A model generated the notes under the pieces. It worked only from the letters and a program-made list of their open reading frames with translations, was not told where the DNA came from and did not search any database. This document shows positions 1-11,899 of a DNA stretch of 64,000 nucleotides, one piece after another. This DNA comes from Eledone cirrhosa (taxonomy: Eukaryota): NCBI GenBank assembly GCA_964016885.1, contig OZ024743.1:145018001-145082000 (forward strand). Direction: 5' to 3'. The position numbers and the translations under genes were made by a program. Every line of letters begins with the position of its first letter. Positions within the stretch are counted from its first letter, which is position 1.

Positions 1-741
1 TGAGGGATATCTCTATGCAATACAGGAACAAGAACTCCCTACCAAATATCTGCTGCACAAAAGAGGAGGGCCAGCAGCTGACAATAAATGTAGGCTATGT
101 AAAACAAAGATCGAGGATGTAAGCCACATTGTTGCCAGCTGCGAAAGAATGTCATCTCGCTACTACCTCCCCATGAGACACGATGGGATAGCTAGAACCA
201 TCTGGAACGCACTTCGGAAAACAAAATCAACAACAAACGAGGAAGAATATATTGAGACAGATGGCACTAAGGAATACTGGTGGAACCTGAAAATAAAAAC
301 TGCCACCAAATTAAAGCACAACCGGCCTGATATTGTAGTTTGGGACCACACATTGAAAACGTGTTCTGTTGTGGAGATCAGCTGCCCACTTGATGTAAAC
401 GTTGTCAGAAAAATACAGGAGAAGGAGGACATCTACGGACCATTGATGAGGAGTTTACAAATCCAGTATCCAAGATACACCTTTAGCTTCATACCCATCA
501 TTATTGGTGCTACGGGTTATATACCAACCCGCTTGGACCAAAGTATGACTGAACTTGGATTTGCGGACAAAAAGCGCAGCTCCCTAATTCATAGTCTACA
601 AATGGCTGCGATAGCTGGCACCTTCAAAATTTGCGAAACATTCTTGCGATTCAAGGGATGACAATTTCTTTTCTTTTACAACCTTGCCACCAGGAAGGTG
701 GCCGGTCAAAAAATATACTCAAAATTAAGAGAAAGAGAAAA
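1..741 (+). mobile_element. 3' part of an R4/Dong-type RLE non-LTR retrotransposon (family 1), cut by the window edge
   Basis: Near-identical to 9146-9887. ORF 149-661 carries the RHD, RPDIVVWD and VEISCP endonuclease motifs. The 3' UTR runs into (ACAT)n. Confidence 0.95.
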
Positions 742-968
742 CATACATAATACATGCATAATACATACATAATACATACATAATACATACATAATACATA
801 CATACATAATACATACATAATACATACATACATGATACATACATATATACATACATACATAATACATACATAATATACATACATACATAATACATACATA
901 ATACATACATAATACATATATAGATACATACATACATACATACATACATACATACATACATACATACA
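741..968. repeat. (TACA)n microsatellite, imperfect
   Basis: Direct reading; abuts the 3' end of the LINE. Confidence 0.95.
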
Positions 969-1531
969 TTATTTGCTATATCTAATACTCTACACAAAGG
1001 CAATAATATGTTTGTTGTAGGTTAGATTTGTGTAGACATGTCAGAAGTAACGTTCACATCAGATAAACTTTGGAAGATGACAAATCTGAGAAAAGTATTT
1101 TGAAAACAGCAAATGTGAGCCTAAAACAGATATTATCTGTCCATCAAAAGCTACTTTCGGACTTGAAATAGCAGTCTTCTAGATACGCGACGCATTATCT
1201 ATATCTTTGCTTCCAGGAACATCGATTTTACACGTCTTGGTCTCTTTTCGTAAGACTACATATATACCATATAAGATATTTAGTTTCAAAATTATTTTCT
1301 ACTCTTAAATGTTTAAAAATATATTTACTATAGTGAAAAGTAAAGTGATACTATCTATTAATCAATCTCCCAATCTTTCCATTTTACTCCTACCACTTTT
1401 TGTATATATGAGTGTGTGAGGAGCTGACGTATGTTTATCCATCCATATATATATATATATAAATATATATATATGTGTGTATGTGTGTGTGTTTTATTGA
1501 AAAATCATCACAAACACACACATATATATAT

Positions 1532-1590
<59 letters not shown>

Positions 1591-2191
1591 TATACATATA
1601 TACACACATATCCATATATATGTATACACTCATATATATATATACTTATATATATATATACTTATATATATATATACTTATATATATATATACACATACA
1701 CATACAAACACACTCACACACAGAGACTCAAATATACAAATATAATTGCGTGTATGCTTTCACTAATTTTTTGGGGGTTTTTGTTTTTTGTTTTTCAATT
1801 AGAAAAATCAATCAAATGCCATGCTGGTATTTATTCCTGGTGTGTTACAATACACATGAAATATTTGAAAATATATTGGTATTCTATTGATTTCGTTTGA
1901 CCTTTTTTTTTCATATTAGAGCATTCTGATCATTTCATTGCTGTGAACAAAATAGTCCATTGCAATTTTTGTTATTGATGTCTTTATACACTTAGCCATA
2001 TTCTTCAACATTCACAGTATTCTTCATTCCCCGATACATAAGATGCCCATATCTCCCATTACTAAAAAATCTGGTTATCAAGTGTAGTTTGGCAGTTGTA
2101 TCCAGTTTTCATTTGATCTCTAGTCCGGTAATATAACTTACAGTTACAATTTGCACGCAATAAATATATATAATTGCTATGCTTACTATCT

Positions 2192-2320
2192 GCGGTAAAT
2201 TGGCAGAGTAGTTAGAACGTCGGATAAAATAGTTTGCTCTATTCGTTCCGGCTCTGTGTTCTGAGTTCAAAACCGGCCCAAGTCAACTTTGTTTTTCATC
2301 CTTTCGAGGCCGGTTGAAAA
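2192..2320 (+). mobile_element. tRNA-derived SINE, octopus-type, 5' part
   Basis: A-box-like TGGCAGAGTAGTTAG and B-box GAGTTCAAAACC, then caactttgtttttcatcctttcg. Homologous to the reverse copy at 2956-3140. Confidence 0.8.
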
Positions 2321-2955
2321 GCATAAAGCTAGAGCTGGGATATATTCGTCCTCTATATCTCTGTCTTACCCCACCCCCCCCATCTCTCTCTCTCTCGAAG
2401 AAGAAGAAATCGACTGTGTTCAGGCGGGAAAGTGAATAGGCTCTGCCCAAATGGTCAAGACACGTTGGATGTCACTACGGCCTCCTTACAACTCCGCTAG
2501 GAGTTACGGCTCTATGCATATATTGATTGGTTTTAGAATGCATTGATTGTATCTAATACGAGATTTACATGGGTTTAGTAACACCGGTAACACAACGCCA
2601 TTTGATTTGTTTGATTTATACTGAACTGACAAAGATATATCTGTTAGCTGTTAGTTTAGTAATTTGCGCATTTAGTGAGCATTCAGCAAAGTATTTTCCT
2701 TGTAACTGCGTGAAGGTTACCGTTCCGTCTTGTGTACCCGTGTATGTGTGTATGCACGACCCTAAACAATGGCAACTAAATAGAGAAAACAGACATACAT
2801 AATTAGCTTGAAACCATAAGATGCAGGTTATCTTTGCTGACCGTTTTCTATAACCAGGTAGCTGAGCTACAATATGGTGCCCTAAATACCGAAAAAAAAC
2901 ACACGCAGGTTACATTCGTGAATGGAGAAAACAGGAGCAGGCATTAAAAATAATT

Positions 2956-3140
2956 GTTTCTACTTTTGGCACAAGGCCAGCAATTTACCCAGTGTATTAC
3001 TGGTACTTTATTTTATCGACCCCATAAGGATGAAAGGCAAAGTTAAGCTCGGCGGGATTTGAACTCAGAATGGCAAGGGCCGTAACTCTATGCGTCAAAG
3101 CATGGCGTCCGACCCTCTACCGATACTGCCAATCCACCGC
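2956..3140 (-). mobile_element. tRNA-derived SINE, same family, near full length
   Basis: Reverse complement has B-box GAGTTCAAATCC and body ctttgcctttcatcc...gtaccagtaatacactggg. Further partial copies at 26821-26882 and 27040-27185. Confidence 0.8.
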
Positions 3141-3354
3141 AGGTATTAAAAATAATAATAAAAATATATACTTCACGACAAAGAAGCAAAATTGCCACAG
3201 GAAGTCATAAAATTAAGGATACACAATCAACGAAATACGAAATATAAATTCTTAAAGATGATAACGAGCCAGGTGACGTTTATATTGACGTTTATATCAC
3301 TAGTACACGTTGGTATTTTAACCAAGGGATGTCACAAAACATACATACATACAT

Positions 3355-3395
<41 letters not shown>

Positions 3396-3428
3396 CATAC
3401 ATACATATATATATACATATATACATAC

Positions 3429-3681
3429 ATGGTGGCTGCCAACTCGTTTTCGAGTACGGCCACTACTTTATATCCATGTAGGAGAACCCCTACCGATGCG
3501 CTCAACGAGTGTGACTTTTTAGTCCAGCCAGCGACTTGAAAACTCTGGCACAAACACTACACTTGTGACAATGATTGACATATAGTGCTGGGCCCATGGT
3601 ACCATGTGATGACAAGTGCAGAGAGATCTCCAGATATAAAGCAATGCCTGTGCCGTGAAGCTTTTATAGTGAGCAAAGGCA
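3429..3681 (-). mobile_element. 5'-truncated bipartite non-autonomous RTE derivative
   Basis: Near-identical to 40822-41075 and 43585-43835. The 3' end is shared with the RTE LINE at 41416 and carries a (GTAT)n tail. Confidence 0.85.
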
Positions 3682-3804
3682 CATACATACATACATGATG
3701 GCTGCCCCCTCGTTTTCGAGTATGGCCATTGCACGAGAAGAAAAAAAAATATATATATATATATATTAATAAATAAATAAAAAATAAAATAAAATAAAAA
3801 AAAG

Positions 3805-3897
<93 letters not shown>

Positions 3898-4061
3898 CAC
3901 ATATATATATACACACACACACATATACATTAATAACAATAATAATAATAATAACAACAATAATAATAACGACAACAACAACAATAATAATATACATATA
4001 CATATATATATATACACACACACGCACGCACACACATAAACATATCTACACACACACACAC

Positions 4062-5552
4062 GATAGCAACTAACAGCGCTGCGATCGAATGTGGTTTTTT
4101 AGCCCAGCCAATGATCTAAAATGCCTTGCACTGAGTCGGCAACCAAAATATTCACTGGGAATAGCCGACTGTGGCTGGAGTTCGTGTACTTTTGCATGTC
4201 GCTTGAGCCCTCCTGTTGATTTACATTCTCTACCACATGTTTGGCAAGCATGATGAGTAGCATCTCCAACAGCAGCCTGGTAGTCAACCACTGGTCTTAC
4301 TTTCGAGTCCAGCTTTGCTTAGGCAGAGTCTCGCACAGACGCTGCATGTCAGCACCATAGGAGGACCCTCGCCGTCTGGAAGTGCAACGGCAATACCCTT
4401 CCTCACATCCCGCTTTACTTTCTCGTGTGCGATTCGAGATGCCTCAAAGGCAACTTTTCCCTCATATACAGTCTTTCTCCATTTATTACGATCAGCAGCA
4501 ATATTTCCCCATGTATCAGCAGAGATGTTAGCGTCTTTCAAAGAGGCTTTCAAGGAATCCTTATACCTCTTTTTTGGTTTATGTGGCGGTCGTTTTCCTT
4601 TAACTAACTCTCCATAAAAGAGTTGTTTTGGTATTCTAGAATCCTTCATCCTGGCAAGGTGACCACTCCAACGGAGTCGTTGCTTAAGCACAAGAGCTTC
4701 TATACTGTCACACATAGAGCTTTCCAAAATCTCGACATCACTGATGTGGTCCCTCCAGTGAACGCCATGGATCCGTCTGAGACACATCTGATGGAAACGC
4801 TCCAATTGCTTAAGGTGGTGTCGATATGTGACCCAGATCTCGCAGGCATAAAGAAGACAAGAGAGCACACATCCCTTGTACACCTTTACCTTTGTCCTCC
4901 TGCATATGTCTCGCCGACCCCAGAGTCGCCTTTCTAGCTTTCCGAAAGCATCACTTGCTTTCCTAATCCTAAGTGAGATTTCATTGTCAAGGTTACCGTA
5001 TCGATTGACAGTGCTTCCCAGGTAGACAAAGTGATCAACCACTCCAAGTCGTTTACCTTACACATAGATATTTGGTTCAGTGTACTGCTTACCAGGGACA
5101 GGTTGGTACATGACGACGGTTTTCTTGAGACTGATAGTCAATCCTAGAGCAGTGCAAGCGTCAGAAAATACATTCAAAATGTGCTGCATATCACTCTCTG
5201 TGTGCGCTACAAGATCGCAATCATCTGCATACAAGAGGTCTCTTATGATTGATGTAAATACTTTTGTCTTTGCAGCAAAGCGCCTGTTGTTAAATATGCT
5301 GCCTGAGGTTCGATATCGGATGTAAACACCATGCTCGCAATTCCTGAATGCAATACAGAAAACCATTGCAAAGTATATGGCAAACAGGGTCGGTGCTGGA
5401 ATATCCCCCTGTTTCATTCCATTTTTTAATGAGATAGGCTCCGACATGTTACCTCCGACATAAACCCAAGCCTTCATGTCGTCATGGAAAGACGTAACTA
5501 AAGCAAGGAACTTATCAGGGCAACCAAGTTTCTGGAGAACCTTCCATAAAGA
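4062..5552 (-). mobile_element. RTE-clade LINE (family A), 5'-truncated and frameshifted
   Basis: RT motifs KQGDIPAPTLF, LLYADDCDL, ISLKKT and FVYLGS. RTE C-terminal motifs LRWSGH and RIPKQLFYGEL, plus C2H2-like fingers. A probable detached 3' tip lies at 3694-3740. Confidence 0.92.
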
Positions 5553-5664
5553 ATACATACATAATACATACATACATACATACATACATACATACATACA
5601 TACATACATACATACATACATACATACATACATACATACATACATACATACATACATACATACA
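5553..5664. repeat. (TACA)n microsatellite between the RTE 5' truncation and the RLE 5' end
   Basis: Direct reading. Confidence 0.95.
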
Positions 5665-5793
5665 ATGGCGACCGTTGTGGTCAGTGTCCGATAATTGGAC
5701 GTGTGTAATTACGGCTTACATGAAGGCAACATACCATATATTGGAAAAAGTTGAGCTACATTACGCGGTAAGATTACATACAATAATTCTACA

Positions 5794-6112
5794 TAAGTGT
5801 TTGAACTGTAAGTGTGTTGTAAAACACCTATTTATATGAACGATACATACACTTATGATATATGAACGATACATACACTTTAACATATAAATGCAACGTT
5901 GTTATATTACATTTATAAAGAAATATAAAAGTAACGTTTTCGATTCAGAAACAAAAATATAAGTGTTTGAACTGTGAATGTTGTGAATATGTTGTAGAAC
6001 ACCTATTTATATGAATGATACATAAACTTTAACATATAAATACAGCATTGTTATATTATATTACATTCGTAAAGGAATATACTAAGTAACGGTTCTTTTT
6101 GTTCTCGATTCA
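5794..6112 (+). repeat. Diverged ~165-bp tandem duplication in the RLE 5' UTR
   Basis: taagtgtttgaactgt...acacctatttatatgaa...aagtaacg occurs at about 5794 and about 5960. Confidence 0.8.
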
Positions 6113-6296
6113 AACGATTCAAGAACAACGTTTAAAACACAGTTGTAGAATTAAAAACTAACTGAAAAGAAATATTACCCAAGCTGTGAATAACTTTAAA
6201 TTTGATTCTGACAGAACTTTGTCGTAACTTTTAAAGAAGATCATCGACTATTTAAAAAAAATAAATACAAAATATTAGTGAATAGACGAACTCATC

Positions 6297-9200
6297 ATGG
6301 CAAAAAGTACAAGTCTCCTTCGACCAAATCGCAATTACAACCGTTGTATACAGTGGAGCTACGAGCTTAACAAAGAATTATATGAAGCATACAAACAATC
6401 TGAACCCCAAAAGTTCGGTTTTATGCAAAGGCTAAAAACTTTATGGAACTCCAAACACCCAGAATTAGACTTTTCTCCAAAGCATCTAAATGAACAGGCA
6501 AAACGTATCATTAGATGTAAATTGATACATCTAACGGAATCGAGTGATACTACAAATACAGCCCTTGTAGACAACCACCCCACCTCCACTGACAGACAAA
6601 GAGAATGGCCGGCTAAATCTAACAGTGAACAGCTCACCAACAATTTTGCTGAAATCCATCCCACTTCCACTGAAGAACAACGAGAAAGGTCAGCTGACTC
6701 TAGTAGTAATTGTCACCACATCAACAACGAGGCTGCAATTCATGACTCTACTGAACAAACAGAGCACCAAAAACTTGTGGGCACCCTACAAGTGATATGG
6801 AACGATATGTTTCAAGAGATACACAGCCTTAATGTGAGTGACAGACCATACAACACTAGAGTCAGTAAAGAACCCACTAAATTGGAATTGGAAGCGGTGA
6901 ACGAAATAGCTGGCAATTATCTGAAGGCTATACGATCTAAAGGTGTAGAAACGACATTTGAAACGCTCAATGTTTTGTTATATGTTTCAGCTGTCACATT
7001 GCTATCATATAACACACATCTAAAACCACGCAATCAAGATACAAACAGAAAGCCTGAACCAGCGTGGATGCGAAATTTAAAAACCAAAATTTTGTCCCTG
7101 AGACGAAGTATCTCACACATCGCAGTCGTTATGAAATGCAACATAGAGAGAAACTTCACACGACACCAGGAAGACCTAAAGAAAAAGTTAGAGAGACGAT
7201 TTGGAGATACCAAATTTAAAACTTTGAACTCCAAATTACACCAGTTGAAACAACAACTCACAGCTACAACAGAAAGACTAAAATATAAGTCAACAGCCCA
7301 TAAACGACAAGTGCTAAATAGATTGTTTGCCAGAGATCCTAAATCAGTTTATCGCAGCTTCGGTGGCAAAAGCTCAATCCCTGTAAACGACACCCCTTCA
7401 AAAGAACAGGTTGAGAACTACTGGAGATCTGTATGGGAAACGGATGACGGATTCAACAGACAAGCTAATTGGCTAAAACAACTGGAACAGGACTACTGCA
7501 AACATGTCCAGACAAAACAATATGACATAGATGGGTCAATACTGGAAACAGCTCTACAGAAAATGTCGAATAGGAAATCGCCAGGCCCAGACCTCATTAC
7601 AGGATACTGGTTGAAGAATTTCACTTTCTATCGGCAAGATCTCATACGGCTGTTTACAGAAACCATTAAGGGCACACAAGAACTGCCCAGATGGTTATCA
7701 ACTGCCACTACTCTCCTCATTCCCAAAAATAGCCAAACCACCCTTGCTAAAAATTACCGCCCAATTGCCTGCCAAAACATCATGTATAAATTATATACTG
7801 GGTGCCTTAACCTGTTCTTACAGGATCACTGTGCTACCAACAACATCATAACACCTGAGCAAGCTGGTGGAAAGAGGGAGGTGTGGGGTTGCATAGATCA
7901 CCTACTAACTAACAAAATGATTCAGGAAAAAACAACAAAGAATCGCAGAAACATGACTGTCGTGTGGCTGGACTATCAAAAAGCATTTGATAGTGTACCT
8001 CATGGGTGGATTATTAAGGCTTTACAGTTAGCTAAAGTCCCACAACCATTGGTAGCTGCTGTTGAACGCCTGACCAAGAACTGGTACACCAATTTGATCC
8101 TTAGAGGTGAGAAGGAGCAGGTTAAGACTGATAGGATACATTACCAGAAGGGCATCTTTCAGGGTGATAGCTTGTCAGTACTACTCTTCGTTCTCTCACT
8201 GAATCCACTATCTTACCTACTCAGGAAACAAGGTGGACAAAGAAGTGGGCCCAGAAGTATCTCCCATCTTTTCTTTGTTGATGACCTGAAGTTGTATGGG
8301 CCAAATATCAATGACATCAAGAAACAATTGGACCTCATTACACAATTTTCAACCGACATCAAAATGAAATTTGGTGAGTCCAAGTGTGCATATTTGGCAG
8401 TAAAACGTGGAAGAGCTGTGCCCTCCTCTAGAAATCTAGATATGAACGGCCTGACAATACAACCTCTGCAGTCAGGTGACAACTACAGATATCTTGGACA
8501 GGATGAGAATGTCAGATATGATGGACCCATAAATAAGGAGAGAACCAGAACTGAATACCTCAGAAGAGTAAAAAAAATATGGTCATCAGAACTGTCAGCA
8601 TACAACAAATACATTGCCCACAATACCTATGCTGTGCCAATTATAACGCCAACATTTGGCCTACTGAACTGGTCATTGCAAGAACTAAGTGAGATGGATG
8701 TTAGAACTCGTAAACTTCTCAGTGTTACTGGGAACTTTAACATCAATGGTGATGTGGATAGGCTATACTTCTCACGCAAGGAAGGTGGCCGGGGTCTAAA
8801 ATCAATATTAACAACATATGAGACCCGGATAGTAACACTGAAGCAACACCTTCAACAGAGGAAAAAGGTTGGCGACCATCTTGCTCAGGTTTATGAGCAT
8901 GAAAAAAGAAATATCATTAGAATAGCGACTGATCTGGAGGAGAGATATGGAATAAAGCCTGATATAAATCTCTCACCCAGAGAAATCGGAAGATCCTATT
9001 CAATGTTCAAACAAGAAAAAAAAATTGACCAATTTACAGAGAAAGTTGTGCATGGATACTTGAGGCGTAAAACACAGACCATAGAGGGGATAAACCACTC
9101 AAAAAGCCTGGCATGGAGTTCCGACAAGTTTATGACATCACACCTTGAGGGATATCTCTATGCAATACAGGAACAAGAACTCCCTACCAAATATCTGCTG

Positions 9201-9806
9201 CACAAAAGAGGAGGGCCAGCAGCTGACAATAAATGTAGGCTATGTAAAACAAAGATCGAGGATGTAAGCCACATTGTTGCCAGCTGCGAAAGAATGTCAT
9301 CTCGCTACTACCTCCCCATGAGACACGATGGGATAGCTAGAACTATCTGGAACGCACTTCGGAAAACAAAATTAACAACAAACGAGGAAGAATATATTGA
9401 GACAGATGGCACTAAGGAATACTGGTGGAACCTGAAAATAAAAACTGCCACCAAATTAAAGCACAACCGGCCTGATATTGTAGTTTGGGACCACACATTG
9501 AAAACGTGTTCTGTTGTGGAGATCAGCTGCCCACTTGATGTAAACGTTGTCAGAAAAATACAGGAGAAGGAGGACATCTACGGACCATTGATGAGGAGCT
9601 TACAAATCCAGTATCCAAGATACACCTTTAGCTTCATACCCATCATTATTGGTGCTACGGGTTATATACCAACCCGCTTGGACCAAAGTATGACCGAACT
9701 TGGATTTGCGGACAAAAAGCGCAGCTCCCTAATTCATAGTCTACAAATGGCTGCGATAGCTGGCACCTTCAAAATATGCAAAACATTCTTGCGATTCAAG
9801 GGATGA
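6297..9806 (+). CDS. Intact reverse transcriptase + zinc knuckle + restriction-like endonuclease protein (1169 aa)
   Basis: N-terminal Myb-like segment (QWSYELNKEL...RLKTLW...LNEQ). RT motifs YRPIAC, LDYQKAFDSVPH, GIFQGDSLS, FFVDD and YRYLG. CCHC knuckle CRLC-x8-H-x4-C, then RHD and PD..E..K. Confidence 0.96.
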   Translation: MAKSTSLLRPNRNYNRCIQWSYELNKELYEAYKQSEPQKFGFMQRLKTLWNSKHPELDFSPKHLNEQAKRIIRCKLIHLTESSDTTNTALVDNHPTSTDRQREWPAKSNSEQLTNNFAEIHPTSTEEQRERSADSSSNCHHINNEAAIHDSTEQTEHQKLVGTLQVIWNDMFQEIHSLNVSDRPYNTRVSKEPTKLELEAVNEIAGNYLKAIRSKGVETTFETLNVLLYVSAVTLLSYNTHLKPRNQDTNRKPEPAWMRNLKTKILSLRRSISHIAVVMKCNIERNFTRHQEDLKKKLERRFGDTKFKTLNSKLHQLKQQLTATTERLKYKSTAHKRQVLNRLFARDPKSVYRSFGGKSSIPVNDTPSKEQVENYWRSVWETDDGFNRQANWLKQLEQDYCKHVQTKQYDIDGSILETALQKMSNRKSPGPDLITGYWLKNFTFYRQDLIRLFTETIKGTQELPRWLSTATTLLIPKNSQTTLAKNYRPIACQNIMYKLYTGCLNLFLQDHCATNNIITPEQAGGKREVWGCIDHLLTNKMIQEKTTKNRRNMTVVWLDYQKAFDSVPHGWIIKALQLAKVPQPLVAAVERLTKNWYTNLILRGEKEQVKTDRIHYQKGIFQGDSLSVLLFVLSLNPLSYLLRKQGGQRSGPRSISHLFFVDDLKLYGPNINDIKKQLDLITQFSTDIKMKFGESKCAYLAVKRGRAVPSSRNLDMNGLTIQPLQSGDNYRYLGQDENVRYDGPINKERTRTEYLRRVKKIWSSELSAYNKYIAHNTYAVPIITPTFGLLNWSLQELSEMDVRTRKLLSVTGNFNINGDVDRLYFSRKEGGRGLKSILTTYETRIVTLKQHLQQRKKVGDHLAQVYEHEKRNIIRIATDLEERYGIKPDINLSPREIGRSYSMFKQEKKIDQFTEKVVHGYLRRKTQTIEGINHSKSLAWSSDKFMTSHLEGYLYAIQEQELPTKYLLHKRGGPAADNKCRLCKTKIEDVSHIVASCERMSSRYYLPMRHDGIARTIWNALRKTKLTTNEEEYIETDGTKEYWWNLKIKTATKLKHNRPDIVVWDHTLKTCSVVEISCPLDVNVVRKIQEKEDIYGPLMRSLQIQYPRYTFSFIPIIIGATGYIPTRLDQSMTELGFADKKRSSLIHSLQMAAIAGTFKICKTFLRFKG

Positions 9807-9894
9807 CAATTTCTTTTCTTTTACAACCTTGCCACCAGGAAGGTGGCCGGTCAAAAAAATATACTCGAAATTAAGAGAAAGAGAAAACATACAT

Positions 9895-11290
9895 AGACGA
9901 AATCCGAGCGATTGATGTTAGAACTCGAAAAATACTAAACAACACCGGTAACTTCCACATCAACAGTGACATAGATTGCCTTTACTTGAAACGTAAGCAG
10001 GGAGGCAGAGGCCTAACATCTGTCCAGACAGCATTTGAATGTCGCATCATATCCCTCCGACAACATCTACGAACCTCAAAGCGTAGGATCCCGTCTCTCA
10101 AGCAAGACTAACTGCATGAAACAGATAAGATCATGAGAGTTGGGAAGGAACTCCTCGAGGGGTATTTCCTGTGTGATAATCTAAAACTCACACACAGAGA
10201 AGTCTCTCAGCAGTATCACAGTGAATCCATGGATGAAAAACTGCATGCTTATCAGCAAAAAAAAATCATGCATGGATATGTTGCCAAGAAGCTCCAGAGT
10301 GAGAGTAATATAGATAAAGAAAGTAGTCTATCTTGGACCAACAATCGCTATATTGGCTCCCACTTTGAAGGATACGCTTTTGCAATCCAAGAACAGGAAA
10401 TCAACACGAAATAACTGATTCACAAAATAGATAGGGATGCGGGCAAAACACCTAGATGTGATAACAAGTGCAGACACTGCAGAATTAACATCGAAGATGT
10501 CACCCATGTCATCAGCAGCTGTCCAAAGATGTCATTGCGGTACTATCTACCTATGAGGCATGGTGTAGTGGCCAAAACACGGTACAATGCAATCCGTAGA
10601 AAAGATAGCCCCGATAATAAACGCATTAAAAGCTACAGCAATGTGGAAGACATACATATACATAATATGAAAGAGTACTGGTGGAATGTTCCAGTAAAAA
10701 CCCCAATGAAATGCAGACATAACAGACCAGATATTATGATATGGGACAGGGAAAGGAAGGCATGCATAGTAGTGGAAGTTAGCTGCCCAGCAGATGCCAA
10801 TATATCACAGATTAGCGAAAAGGAGAATATTTATGCAGAACTGATGAGAAATCTGCAGATATTCCACCCTGATTATACCTTCAGATTTATGCCTGTGATT
10901 ATTGGGGCACTGGGATATGTTAGTACCTCCCTCAATACACATCTTGAGAAGCTAGGCTTCACAGGAACAGAAAGAACACAACTAGTTAGGAAATTACAAG
11001 TTCAATCCATTAATGGAACAGTTAAAATATGTAAAATATTCCAAAAATGTTGCATCTAATAACTGCATATACACATGTACAGATACTAAGCATAGACACA
11101 TGCACACATACAACTCAAAACATCCACATCCACACATACAATAACATCCATATCTACACATGCATGCAGACATGCATACATATCTACCTAGTTGATGTTG
11201 TGTAAATTCCAATGAGAGAGTCTTGTGTCTATGTTAGAAACCGACTCTCTCTATTGGTAAAAATTTGTGAAATTATAAAGCCAGAAGAAC
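9895..11290 (+). mobile_element. Second R4/Dong-type RLE family, 5'-truncated and decayed
   Basis: Translated fragments SHFEGYAFAIQEQEI, YYLPMRH and HNRPDIMIWD..VEVSCP are homologous to family 1 but divergent in DNA. Ends in (ACAT)n. Confidence 0.9.
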
Positions 11291-11324
11291 ATACATACAT
11301 ACATACATATATACACACATACAT

Positions 11325-11420
11325 AATGGGTGCAACTCGATTTCGAGTAATGCCATCGCTTGATACGTAAGCATGAGTATCATGGATGTAGTCTTTTAGT
11401 CCAGTTAGGGACTTGCCTAT
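11325..11420 (-). mobile_element. 3' end of a third RTE-type family next to (TACA)n
   Basis: actcgatttcgagt hairpin and cttttagtccag..gacttg match the RTE 3' ends at 3429 and 41416. Confidence 0.6.
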
Positions 11421-11899
11421 TACCAGCAATACCAAGTATTGCAAAAAAAATGTCACATATCAAGCGATGCCTGAGATTGAAGGATTTTTGGAGGGAGGAA
11501 AGGCTTTGCACGAGGCCAATCCTTCACTCTGAACATCAAATGCATTTACCTAAAAAGACGAGCTGATCTACATCATTAAATGCAAATGAAGTCGCAGGTT
11601 TTATATCAGTGACCAAAATCAAGCTTGGTGAGGTTGCTTTTTAGGAAGCCAAACCATCAGAAGGGCATTTCAATCAATAATATGTTTGCACACAGCATTC
11701 AGTACGTCAGTCTTTATCTTATTTATCCAAATTCATGATTTACCCATTCGAATTATATCCTTTGTGTTATTTTTGTTTGGTTTGGGATGGTTTTACTTAA
11801 ACTCAGTTAAATGTAGTGGAATCTACCGGCGAAAATGTTTTGTGGCAAAATATGATGTGTTGTATTTTCTTTTTCCTGAAGTATAGTACTCAGTCGGCA

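Larger units (their letters stand above)
5665..9887 (+). mobile_element. Apparently full-length R4/Dong-type RLE non-LTR retrotransposon (family 1) inserted in (TACA)n
   Basis: About 630 bp 5' UTR, a single 3.5 kb ORF and about 80 bp 3' UTR with a stem-loop. ACAT repeats on both sides. Same 3' end in four copies. Confidence 0.92.
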
